64,000 nucleotides of DNA from Lama glama (lineage: Eukaryota): positions 46,440,001 to 46,504,000 of the forward strand of contig CM052816.1 of NCBI GenBank assembly GCA_028534125.1, written 5' to 3'. A model generated the notes under the pieces. The model saw only the letters and a program-made list of their open reading frames with translations. It searched no databases and had not been told where the DNA came from. A program made the position numbers and the translations under genes. This document shows positions 13,066-26,098 of this stretch, in pieces. Position 1 is the stretch's first letter. Each line of letters opens with the position of its first letter.

Positions 13066-15374
13066 TGACTCTACATTAATGTCTACCATAGTTTCTTAAG
13101 TCAGACTTTCTCTCATTTTCACATTTCACAAACAGAAATACAGCTAAGCTCCCTTATCCACAATTCTTCTGAATAAAGTCTTTAGAAGATTCTAGTTTGA
13201 TTTTCAGAATCAGGCTAATTTTACTGATGAAGGAAACTATGAATTGGTTTGAAATTAAATGCATTGCCTTAGAAATTGAAAGTATATGTAACTTTCCAGA
13301 ATATTAAAAGTTTTCAACTAAAGGAAGTAACAAAAGTCTTGTTTAAGTAAATTTTAATGTTTCCTTTGCTATCTGAGGAAGACTACACATTTTGGATTGA
13401 ATAAAAGATGGAATGTAGTTTTAAAATATGATTTATTTTACTTTGGAATTTAACAGCACCTGCTTTGTTTTCACTGGAATCCTTTCAAGCACCTTCTCAA
13501 TTAAGCAATACATTTTCTTAAAGCGCTTAATATCATGAGCTTAGCTGGATGCCATTAAGGAAAAAAAGACTATTTCACTGCATATTATATACTGTATCAT
13601 ACTGAATGTGTGTTGATTATAAAAAATTATCAAAAATGTTATCAATGTTTAGTGACTGTACTGAGGGATGATCAACCTGATCAATTATAACAGTATCTAA
13701 ATATAGGTGTAGACTGATGTCTATCATCTTGACACAGTAAAACCCACAACATTGTCCCTATTTGAAGGTTCCCAAATTATATTTTAAATAATTTTAAATT
13801 GTTGGTTCTCAGCAATTAAGGAAAATAAATACACACACAGATTGTATAAATATACTCAAAATATCTGTGTGTGTAAATGAGTCATGATTACAGTCCTGCT
13901 TTTCTCTAAAATCTTGTCTATATTGCACCAAACTACATAGATTTAGGTAAAAACATTTATCAGAGGTTAGTTACAGACCAAAGAAGTGCTCATTTTCTAG
14001 TCTTCTTGATCCTCACTAGTCTAGCATATACCTTGTTAAACTTATTTGCAGAGCATTTTCACTTACACAAACTACAAAGGTTTCAATCTCTAGTGCATTT
14101 CCAGAATGTGACAAATCATACTGCTGTCTATACATCAACTTGCACCCCTTTTCTTGCTTTCCATGACAGCATTCTTGTGTGCTTTTATGATTTTTCTCCC
14201 CAGTGCCCTGGATGCTTTTGCTCTGTGACTTTAATTGTTTGTCTCTTTCCTCATTGTAGAACTTACTGCCGTTCTGCAGGGCCTTGTATGGCACACTTTG
14301 CCCTTCATTAATACTTAAGTACCAACAATTACATTTTAAGATCTATGGCAGGCAAAATACTATAGATACAATGGGAAAAAAAGGAAAATAAATTTCTGCA
14401 TAGACTGTGCTCATAGATGAGCTTGTAATATGGTTCAGTCAAACAGATAATCAAGTTCATCCAAGTTTCTTACTGTATCAGAATCTGTAAATTTATTTGC
14501 CCACCTGAGTGATATTAAGAGACCATTCCTGAATACTGTACTTTATTACTACACTGTTATGACATCTTAGGAACATACACAATAAAATCTAATCATTTAT
14601 TTCCCTATTATTCCACAGACTCAGTTATACACGACCCCTATATCTAGAGCTTTTTTTTTTTTTTAACTCCCTAATAAATACCCTCTATGGTAGGTGAAAA
14701 GCAACATTCTATGGGACAGAGCTTTGAGTCTACAGATACACTTTGGCTTCAAACATATCCCCCACCTTTTTTTAAACTACACAAGGGAGTGAGTGAGTTT
14801 TCCTGTATTTTTTAACTTCCTTGAGGATGTTAACAGGTGTGTAAGTTGCCTATTTCAATATTCAATATTTGAAAAAGTTTTTTTGGGGGGTTGCACCTTC
14901 CCTGAGGATTTGTAGTACTTACACATAAGAACACTGCATTGTACAAACACAATTTTAGTTACACACACACAAACATCATCAAAATTATAGTACTTATATA
15001 TTTTTTCTCCTCATTGAAGCATTTAAATATAGAAGACACTAATTTTCACTTAAAATGTATTAAATGTACTCTGAATACAACTCACTGGATAGTCAAAATT
15101 AAAACCATATGCTAATAAATTGGAATACAGATCACAGAAAGGATATTGCTTGTAAAGCAAAATTTGGTGGCCATTCCTACTCCTTCTCTCTGTTTGCAAA
15201 TAGATCTTATGACTCCAAATATGATAGAATTGCTCAATACATTTTGCCGGATGAAATGATCCAAGAGAAAAATAACATGTTATGTTCTGAGGACTAAGTG
15301 ACTTGGGCTGTAATCCTCGCTGTTTCAAGTTGCTTTGATTTTGTCTTGTCAGGAAATCGTCATTTTTTTTTTAA

Positions 15375-15590
15375 GAGTAAGAACTTTAGAATTATATAAT
15401 TCTAATTAGCAATGTGAACTGATCAGTTACAGGTCATGCAACTTTGAACAGGATACCTAAATTCTCCGAGCTACAGTTTCCTCATCTATAAAAGTGTGAA
15501 AATTCTACTCACTTCGCACAATTAAATGTAAGAAAATATATAAAACTTGGCACAATATCTGACACTCTGTATGAACCCCATAAAGTTCAT
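15375..15590 (+). mobile_element. MIR SINE
   Basis: Core ctccgagctacagtttcctcatctataaaag..acttggcacaatatctgacac. Confidence 0.8.
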
Positions 15591-16304
15591 GTCTTCTTTT
15601 CTTCCAGTTAAGCATGGCAAAATAAATCTTGTTTTAAATAATTTTTTAAAGTTTTTTTTAATTAAAAAAGTCAGGTTCATGCCTCGATTGATAATTTTCT
15701 AATTTTATTTATGTAAAACTCATACCCATGTGTACCAAGTAAAATAAAATATTTAAGGTCTTTAAATTTGAAAAAAAATCTTTGATTTCTAAGTATGAAC
15801 TATCTCATGCTTTAAACTTAAATGTTATTTCTCTTTAGTAACATTTTCATTTTAGAATTCTCAAGCAGAAACAAACCATGGATGACTGTTAAATAATTCT
15901 TTTTAGTTGATAACATCTGAGAGAAAATAATATATTTTCATTGGTACCTACAAGTATGTAGTTCCCTTATTAATATTCAGTGATTCTTGCAGTTAGGGTA
16001 TACTAGAAGGAAACCAGAAAGCCTCTGAGTATTACAATCCCCAACAACGACCAACATATAATAATGTCAGGTATTATACATACTCTATCTTTGCCCTCTA
16101 GTAATTTTCAGATAAAATAAGGCAAGTCTGGGGCACTATTCAAAATATAAGGCTTACTGAAGTAAAACTAGTTTAAAAAATTAAAAGTATATTAAAAAAC
16201 TATTTTATTCTTCATACTGTCTAGCTGAATAAAGCCAAATAAGAAAAAAATTGAGAATTTGGCTCAACAAAATGTCCCAACAAATAAAATATCCAAATAC
16301 AGTC

Positions 16305-16510
16305 TTCATTCACATATTCATCAAATACTGAAAGTCTGCTATGTGTTGAGTACAGTTCTAGGTCCCTGGAAAAAGTCAGGGGGATACATATGCTCTTGAG
16401 GGAATATAGACAATAAACAATAATGGTGAATAAATCATACGGAAAAAAGAAAAAGTAGAGCAGAGTAAGTGAGATGTAATGACCAGGGTGAGCAGCAATT
16501 TTTAAAAAGC
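16305..16510 (-). mobile_element. L2 3' end
   Basis: ttcattcacatattcatcaaatactg..ctgctatgtg..gttctagg..agacaataaacaa. Confidence 0.65.
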
Positions 16511-19157
16511 CACTAATTGCAAAAAATCACCTGGTACCATTCCTGCCTCATTCTTACTGTGTAGTGGTTTCTTTTTTTTTTTTTTTTTTGTCCGTATAAG
16601 AAAACTGTGCTGAACCAAGCAATATGATAAAAATTCTAAATGCTTAATCATTTTTACTGATGTAAAATTTGTACTAGGAACATAACAGAGACACTTAAAC
16701 CAATACAAACAACTTGGAAATGAAGGATTTTTTTTTTAATCCTTTTTCTCTTCTCAATCCAGACAAAAAGCCACACCAGAAGTTAAAGCAAAACATCCTG
16801 ATTAGATTAGCACCAACATCACTGGTGGCCAGCAAATGACTCTCTTACAGGGTGGGGCAAGAAAAGAAAGTTAATTGTTCTCTTCAGGGGCTGACTGCGT
16901 ACAACAGCCTTTATTTGGGCAGTAGTCTGAAGCAGCCCATCCTTTATTGGAACCATGATGGATGCAGGTTTATTGTTTTCCTTTGTGGAACCCCAAAGGA
17001 CATAATGTTTATTGTTCATTTTCTTTACAGAGTGGCTGTCTATCCAGCCTACGTAATACAGGGTCCAAACATGGGTTTGGCAACCTCTAGCCTCCAGGCT
17101 AAATTCCATAGGGATAGTACTGGTGAATGCCAGGCCTGGCTTTAAGTTTAAGAATTCCCCTGGTCAAATCTCATAACATACATGGTTTAACCAGATGTTA
17201 AGAGTTAGTCCCAGAGATCCAATCTTTCTCTAAACTGGAGAAAAAACAAAACCACAACTCTCCCATTCTTCCTGATGTCCTTGAAGATCCTGCCCTCAAC
17301 ACATTGGCATTCTATCAAGAATTCTGCACTGGGGATTCTCACAAGTTGTATGCTGCCCAAGGACAATGACTTTCTTACTTAAATCAGATAATCCAGAAGC
17401 AAACAGTGACTTAACTTTTGTCCCATGTGGGTACTACAATACTGTACAGTGTCCCATTAGAACATGCCATCTCCATTTATTGAGTCTTACCACACAATAT
17501 TTTGAGTAAAATACAAAGGCCAACTTCATCACAGCTTGTACTATTTTTAATTAATAAAAATCTTGTCAACTGCACACACTCCACAGGTCATATAAATGTC
17601 TAAATACCCTGTGAGCCATAGTGTCAATGGTAAGGAATGTAAACGAGGTCATCTAAGCTTCACTATCTCTAAAACTCCTGAGCCTTTCCCTTAACTTTCC
17701 AACCCATTCTTAGCCCCTTCTAACTTTCATGCAACTCTGAAGTTGACCTATTGAAGCAACGAAGAATGATAAAGTCAGATCATCAAAATGCTCTGTGTTT
17801 ATGCCAAGCTGCAGAACCACCCCACTGGCCAAGCTGAGGAATGTGAGTCCCTAGTACCATCCGATGTGTCTGGCTCCAGGCCCTAAAATACCATCAGCAA
17901 CAAGCATCCAGTTGGCAACTGTATCTTTTGGACTTGCTCATAAACACACACCTATATATACACCCACATATCACATTTCCCTGCCCAGTGAGGTAAGGAT
18001 GCCTTTTTTGTCTTGAGCTTCTAGTAATAACCTAAACTATGGTGGGCTAAAATGTCATCCGGCTTATGGCCATATCCACAAGTGCTTTCTTAAGAGGTTT
18101 CCTGACACCATGGCTTCCAATTTCGATATTTTTAAATCTGCTTGCACATTAAAACCCCCATACCTCTGGTATTAAAAGCAAGTGTACAGATGAAACAGAC
18201 ATACTCTACCCATGAACAAGGAGATTGTTAGTTTGTTTCAGTGTCAAAATGTCATGTATGCTGGTATATATATGTTTTTAATTCTCTGAAAAAAAATGTT
18301 TCTCTTCATCTGTTAAAAATTTAGAGTGAACTGAAAACTCTTTGGGAATGCAACCCCTGTGTGATTGACAGTGACAAGCACACATACCTTGAAAGCTCCA
18401 CTGTAATGTTTATACTTAATAAAAACAAATACTGTGGCATCTGAGAGTAGCATAGTCAGCCATGCAGCTTTCTACCTGGCATCTTGTAAATTAATCTGGG
18501 TGTTTATGCTGTAGATCATTCATGATGAACATATTGCTATAGCAACATGCATTTCTTCCATTTTTTTTCCTGCTAATTACACTAACATCACCATCAGCTA
18601 CTAAATCTTTGAATTACTAATGAATGTATGTGAAAAGCAATGTCTTGATAACACTTTTTCAATATGTCCTTATCTACAAAGGGAAGAAAAGGTGCATATA
18701 ATTTGATTATTTTCAATTTACTGTTAAAATTTGTCAATATAAGGTTAATTCATACTCAAATTTGAACATGGTGAAGGATATGGGAGATGTCTTTTTAGAA
18801 CAACATATATTTCAAAGAGAGAGATCATAGTGATCTCATGTAAAATTCTTTCCTCCCACGCCCATTACTACACCATCTTCATTTGTACCCACATTAAATT
18901 AGCATTTGACCACGAGGAAGTACTATTTAAACCTATGAACTACTCAGGCTCCTATGTTTCTCCTAAGTAGCTCAACCAGCAGTACTATAAACACCCAAAT
19001 CTATTTAAATTAAGCCTCTTGGTAGAGCATCTAATAAAAGACTGTAGAGATTGTAGTTGATATGTAGAATGTAGGTAAGACATTTCTGGAAAATTCATGT
19101 TTATCAACATGGTAAGGATAAAGAAAGGCCTATCCTAGTTAATTCCCCAAACCACTG

Positions 19158-19388
19158 ATTTTTATTGAAGTATAATTGACTTACAATACTATATTAGCTT
19201 CAGGTACACAACATAGTGATTCAATATTTTTGTTACAAAACGATCATCATGATAAGTCTAGTTGCAATCTGTCATCATACAAAGTTATTACAATATTATT
19301 GACTATATTCTCTATGCTGTATATTTATGTTACCAGTAAGTTTTCTATCTCTTAACCTCCTTCCCCTACTTTGTCCATCACCCCCATT
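19158..19388 (-). mobile_element. L1 3' end (L1MA9/laurasiatherian type), 5'-truncated
   Basis: ttttattgaagtataattgac..ttcaggtacacaacatagtgattc..gataagtctagtt..catacaaagttattacaatattattgactatattc..tatgctgta. Confidence 0.88.
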
Positions 19389-22254
19389 CAATGTTTAGTC
19401 TTAAATTTAAAAGTCTATGTTTACTATTCACTTCAGTTGTACATTGAGTACATTGGAAGAGCTTTTACTCTTTCAGGCCATCAAAGTTTTTTATTGGTCA
19501 CATAAACAGATATTTCCTAGTCATCTACTGATTAAATTATTAGTACTTATTCCAAATATTTCTAAACACAGCCAAGCTGTTCAGGCGCAAAAGCCTGGCT
19601 CAGATCATTAGTAAGGCTGAAAACTGAGATGATTCAACTAGGGTGAAAATAGAGGTTTTCACCTATTCAATACATATTTGAATGCCAGGGACAAATGAGG
19701 AATAAAGGTAGGAGAAAGACAGCTGGATTCCCCTAGCTAAATAAACTACTCCAATAAAACCTGACTATCATTTGATGACTGTTTCAGCCATATTACCCCC
19801 ACACAATTTTCTCTTCTAGGTTTTTCTATCTATTCTAAGTTACCTAGAAGTGAAATGATGACTATCAAAAAGTTAAGAAAGAAATTGATCCATTGGAGCA
19901 TTAATATGCCTCAATACCTTAATTTTAATTTTTTCCCTAAGCTTAAGAATTTTGATTAGTGAACATATTTCATTGTGAGAATTATGAATATGTGAAACTG
20001 TTTCCAAGTCTTTCAATGTTCATGTGGAGGAATAAGAAAAAAATGTCTGTCATGCTGCAATAGAAAATACAATAAATTAACCATCAAACAAATGAAATCA
20101 TAAAGATTATCAATATCATTTATTTGTTGAGATGAGTATTATTTTTCTTGCCATTTATTCCAGCATCACTAAATTAAATACTGAAAATTTTGAAATGATG
20201 GGCTCAAACATATGTGTTCTCCAACAAAACTTTTCTCTATCTGTGCTCAACTGGGTTCTGTGATTCCTACTTCTTCCTACTAAGAGGAAAATATTTAAAA
20301 AATTTCCATCTAGTCATCAAAACATTCAATAATTGTTTTGAGGGGGATGTGGAGTTCAGTAGAAACCAATGAAGTTAAAATGGAGGGAGTAGTGAGTCTC
20401 AGTTGTTTTTCTCTGCAAGAGAATGTAATGTTCAAAATCAGTTCCTTGCTGGTAGGGTTACTATACATCCATTACAGGTCCCACACAGCCTTGAGGAACT
20501 CCCCTGCCAGGACTTCAACTAGCTGCTGTGAGTGTGAATGGATCTGATAGAAGTTATCCAGGGTAAGTAATTCAAGATGGCAGGCCATTATTTTTCTAGT
20601 TAAATCTAAATTTCATGATGTATATATATGTAAGTAATTTCTCAAAGGAAAGATTAGAAGAATGAGTACTGGTTGGCCTATCCACTGGTCTTGATAGAAA
20701 AAAAAAAATATCTGGCTCCACTACTGGGATGTGATTTAGAACAAGTAACTACCAAATTGACTTTTTAAAATGTGGTTTAAAAAAAAAGTATGTGTTTGTA
20801 TAAATACATGGAAATGTGTAAGAGAATATGAAACAAAAGTAGATACCATGTAGGCGGGACTAAGCAAAAAAGGGGTAGGTTTTTAATGTTTTCCTTATGT
20901 ATCTGTTATTTAGCCTCTTAAGACAGGGATGAGTTCCTCTTTTAATACTTTCCTACCTGATGAGAAAGGACATTAAACATAGAAATGAACTGTTTCCTCT
21001 TTTATTTCTCATGTAGTAGGAATTTTCCATTTCAGAAGGGGACTCATGCCTGAAACTTTTTATCAAAGGAAAATCATTTACAAAGCTTTACAGAGGAAGA
21101 CTTTTTTTTTTTTTAGAAAATTTGTAAAATGAAAATTGCTTCCTAGCTGAGACCGTGAATGGCAAGTTGCAGCTAAGAGTGAATTTTTAATACTTGGTTA
21201 AAAGTCCTTGATAATAGAGATTTATTATACAAATGTTAACAAATCCTTAATTGTATCAGTGTTTGCAACAAGTCCAACTGCATTATCCCAGTGGTTCAGC
21301 ACCTTATATATGTATTACATCTATCTGATTTAATTAGACCTCCAACATAATCAATACAGAAAAGACTAAAACAATTAGCTTCCTTTTCACACTCTCAGCG
21401 TTGGTCAGAGAGTGGCTTAGAAATAAATCTTTATTCTCCATATTTTGGGTTGTATGGGCTGCCAGTACCCAAGAAGTTTCCAACATGGTACACACAATAG
21501 TTATCATTGTGTAATTTAAGTTCATTAATACTCATTCTGCTGTTTCAAGAGGTGGAAACCTAATCCTAAATGCTCTTTTAAGAATATTAAATAAGAAAAC
21601 ACATTTCCAACTTTTTGAGGCAACAGAACTATTACAAACATTAGAAAATGATTAAAATATCTCTGCTGTCTCTTTCTAGAATAGCAGGAATGAGACTTGC
21701 CAGTTACCTTATTTCTTTACTGAATCCAACTATGGCTTGATTGAACCAGGATTTTTTGTTGTTCTGAATTTGGCCAAAAAGCCACATGCCTCAAATTTGT
21801 TTTTACCATATAAGCAAATATAATTATTCAAATATTTAAATATGAATAAAGCCTCATTAAATTTCTGTACAGAAAACCACAGTCTCTTTCTAATAAAAAT
21901 GCAAAAACCCAAGGATGTCTCATTTGGAAATTGCCTGAAAAGTGCCTTTTAAAATGTGATTTGAATTCACATCAGAGAAAGCTCTTAACAGGCCAGCTTT
22001 TGTCAACTAACATCTTCTTTGCACCAACTATGTATCAGTGAAGGAAGCAGAGCAATTTTATGTCAGAAGACCAGCTTGGGCAAGGTGCACCAGCTGAGCA
22101 ATCAGAGGACCCCAACTATGCCAACAAGTAGCCAACAAAGCCCTTCCCTCAACAGAGAAGTTGTTTCCTCATTGATCAGATGCAGACAGCTTTTCTTACT
22201 TATCTCAAGGAATTACAAGAGGGCTCAAATAAGTAAACATTAGTATTGTTCCTC

Positions 22255-22425
22255 ATCTTTCCCATTCATAATTTACTAGAATTCATAATGTGTTACTGTA
22301 TTTTAATCTACTTATATATGTCCATATTCCCCATTACATTATATATTTTTCTAATGGGTACTGTGCCATTTTCTTTTACATCCCAAATTACTGTGGGATC
22401 ACAATACATGTTTGTGAAGTGAAAT
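22255..22425 (+). mobile_element. L2 3' end, degraded
   Basis: ccccattacattata..tgggtactgtgccattttc..tcacaatacatgtttgtgaagtgaa. Confidence 0.5.
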
Positions 22426-23524
22426 AATGTTTTTAAAAAGTAAAGCACCACATAAATGCAAGGTGTTTTGTATCATTTTGCATCGATATTGATAACAGGA
22501 GCCAGTCAAAAAATGAAAAGCCCTCTGATAAGCTGGTAGAGAAATGGAGGTTAGTGTTTTAGGCTAGTAACCCCTCTAACCTTTCCTCTGCTCCTTACAA
22601 CTCTAAAGGGCATTGTGCTCTGAACTGATGGAATCCATGTTTCTCTCTGAATTCAGTGCTACAACCAAGGCCATCATCTACTAGGCCCTGGTTTCCTCAT
22701 GAACAAGTTCCTTATAAAACAACTAGTCTTTTTAGTTTGTATTTCCTATCTCACACTGAATGAAGTGCATTCCATGATGGAAGTATATGTTAAAAGGAAT
22801 TCAAATAAACCAAATAAAAATGATTATCAAGCTAAAGATTTTCTAAGAAAGGTCCCCAAATGTATCCACAAGATCACTGCATTTTAAGGACAGTTTGCAA
22901 AAACATGAACTCTTTATTTTCAAAACAAGAAAAAAAGCCACATTTCCAGCAAATATTAGAAAAATAGTCCTTTTTTTATGTACAGAAAGAAATGTACTTC
23001 AAAGGCAGCATAGCTGCCTGTATTCTAGCATTGCATATACATTAATAATGATTTCTTTGCTTCTTTTTTTAGAAATGTTAAAAACTAGTTTTTCGCTAGG
23101 TAGAAATTCCAAAAGCTATTGATCAGGACCTCTCAATTTCTAGAATCACTCAAATATTATATAAAAGAGTATCATAGTAGCAGAAGACCAACAAGACCAA
23201 ATAAAAAGTTAATGGATGTGGATAAAATTATCCCTTTAGTAATTAAAAAAAAATCAATCCCTCAGCAAAACTGAGCATTCTGTAGGTAAAAAAAAGAGAA
23301 TTTAGTGAAATAATTCTCATGCCACTAGTTTCTGGTACACAGAAAGTAGCCAACAAATGTAAAATAAATGATTAAAAATCAACATAGTGATTGAGAAATA
23401 TGTTCAAAAAAATTCAAGGCTTCATCTCCAAAAGTCCTAATCTAGCATTTCAAGTTATACATTTTCCTTTTTATCTGTTTTGTATGATCTGATATCTGTC
23501 CTATTTCATCAGGACTTCTTTACT

Positions 23525-23663
23525 GCACCATTTTGCAGGTGTGAAATTAAAGAAAGAATTCAAGTGACTTGAATAGGATCAAATAGTAAATTCATTACAG
23601 AGTTGCCAATGCTCTAGAATTCAGTGTCAGAACTGTCATTACCATTTTACACCACTATGTTGT
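23525..23663 (-). mobile_element. MIR fragment
   Basis: ccattttgcaggtgtgaaattaaag..aagtgacttg..accactatgttg. Confidence 0.6.
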
Positions 23664-23700
23664 TCTATTCACTTCCCTAGTAATTCTCATGCCACTAAAA

Positions 23701-23829
23701 ACTATATATATTATGTATATATAAACATTATATATTAATATTTATTTATTTTATATCAATACATAATAAACTATTTTATATATAATATATTAAGTATGTT
23801 ATATATAATATAAATATATGTATATATAA
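23701..23829. repeat. AT-rich low-complexity / (TA)n tract
   Basis: About 130 bp made almost entirely of A and T. Confidence 0.85.
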
Positions 23830-24539
23830 GACTTTAAAATTAGCACATTAATTTTAAAGGGCAAAAACATGTATCTCAACTGTATTTCATGAAATCATAT
23901 TGCTTCTCCATTAAAGGGTCATTTTTAAAGAAACTTTTAGATTCAATGTTAAAAATTGGAATGCAATGATAAAATATTATTTTATAAAAGCTATTTATTT
24001 TGAACTTTCAAAAAACACCCCCAAATATGATTAATTTAGAGTCACTGGCATTCCTTGCTACTTTAGACAAAGGCCAACACAGTGAAGAGCAACTGGTATG
24101 CAAATCAGAAGAATTTGAAAGAAAGGTGGCTCAGCTAACTCACTCATATAAACATCCAAAAGTAAGGAGAAGCGTTCTAAACTTCTGCCACCAAGGATTT
24201 TTACCTTTAAAAATTTTCTCCATCAAGGTGCCTATATTTTGAGAGATCTACTTTATGGCACAAATTATCCAAATAATTTTTTAAAAAAAGAGCTGTCTTA
24301 CAGTATTGAGTTGACATAATTTCAGGCAAAAACAAAGACCCTAATTATTATCCACAGCCTTCTCAAGGATAAATATATTCTTCCTGAGGTGTACTGAAAC
24401 AATGAAAAGATCACCCTAGGATCTCTAAGGACTCATGATGTGAACTATTACTCTAGGGAATCCAGGTTTTTCTCCACACCCCAAAGTCCATAACTCCCTC
24501 CCTTTTTGAAGACTCGTGACATGAAGAGCCATTGATGAA

Positions 24540-25312
24540 TTCATCTATTATCCTCTTTTTGGCACTCAATCCATCAGGAAGTCCTACTAAATCTACCGTC
24601 CCAGAGTATCTCCAATTTTTCCATTTTTCTGTTTTCTCTTCCATCTTTCCTGTTCAGGGCACCACCATTGTTTTCATGGGCCACAGTAATAGCTGCCAAT
24701 CAGGTCTCCTTGCCCCATCCTCCTCTCCCTAAAATTCTTTATTTCCGTAGAGAATTTGGAGCTTTCTTTTTTAATGTGTCAACCAGATCATGTTGCTCAC
24801 CTAAAGTTCTTTAGTGATTTCTCATTACATTTAAAATTAAAACCCAGTCTCTTTATCATGGCCTACAAGATGTTGTAATGATCTAACCCATTCCTTCTTC
24901 TCCAGCTTAACTTTCAAACCATTGCTTCCCTAGACACTAGTCATAAGCCTAACTATACTTCTTTACGTTCCTCAAACAGGACAAATGCATTCCTTGCACC
25001 TGCTGTCACCCCCACCTGGCATTGCCCTTCTCTCTGATCTTCCCATGACTGGCTCTTTCTCACCTTTCTGATCTCACTTCACATGACACCCATCTTAGGG
25101 CCTTCCCTAAGGTCACAATCTGTCAAAATCCTTTCAAACATCTCCTCCCACATTATATTATTTTTATAGCACTCTTACCATCTGATATCATCATATTCAT
25201 TTATTTGTTTACCTGTTTTATTTACAATATCCCTCAGTTAGAATTAGCCTCTATGACAATGGGGATTGGCACATAGCAGGCATTCAACAAAAACCTGTTG
25301 AATAGAAGAACT
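24540..25312 (+). mobile_element. L2 3' ~0.8 kb
   Basis: caatccatcaggaagtcct..cagatcatgttgctc..catggcctacaag..tctcacttcacatgacacc..tttatttgtttac..ggcacatagcaggcattcaacaaa..gttgaat. Confidence 0.88.
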
Positions 25313-25849
25313 AATGCTCTAAGCTAATTCTTTTTACTGAACCTATCCAGGAATACATCCCAACTCTACTACTACATTTACTCAGGATAGATGGTCACCT
25401 TTGTTCTCTTTTCCCTGTAACTTTTCCGCTTTTCCTTTGATTAGATAATCAATTTTTTAAGTATATGAATTCAAAATATCCATCAATCACTTGACTTTCA
25501 TCAGAGATTTCTGTTTTACCCACAATGATGTGGGTTATTATAGGGCACAGAATCTACAAGTGGAAGACTAAGAAGGAAAATAACAATCAATCCCTGCCCT
25601 TTAGGCTAGAAGACAATAAACTGTGCTACAAAATAGGATGAGAAATAAATACAAGTGGAGGATGAGAATTAAGATCAGGGATGGAGACTGACTAGGAGAT
25701 GGGCTACAATTCAAGGCAAGTGAAGAGATACAATGAAAAATAAAATTGAAAGCAGGGAGGATTTGAGCAGTGTCTTAATTTTGCAGGAAATGAGAAACTC
25801 GTAAAGAAGAGGAATGAATTATTCCTCTGTTAAGATGTAATTTTCTCCA

Positions 25850-26098
25850 GAGAGTGTCTCCCTCCCTCCATCTTCTTCCCTCACTGTCCTGGTTAGGCGA
25901 CCCCATAGTATCACTTACTCCCTAGTTAGAGAATCTATTACATTGAACTGTAATTGCCAGTTTACCAATTTGATTTTTCCATTGTCTAGAAGTTCCAAAA
26001 AGGCAGTATGTGGATATCTTACTCATCATTTTATCCCCAGGTTCTGACAAAGTACTTACAACATGCAAAGGGCTCAATAAATGGTTTTTAAAAGAAAA
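25850..26098 (+). mobile_element. L2 3' end
   Basis: attacattgaactgtaattg..aagttccaaaaaggcag..tttatccccag..gggctcaataaatg. Confidence 0.65.
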
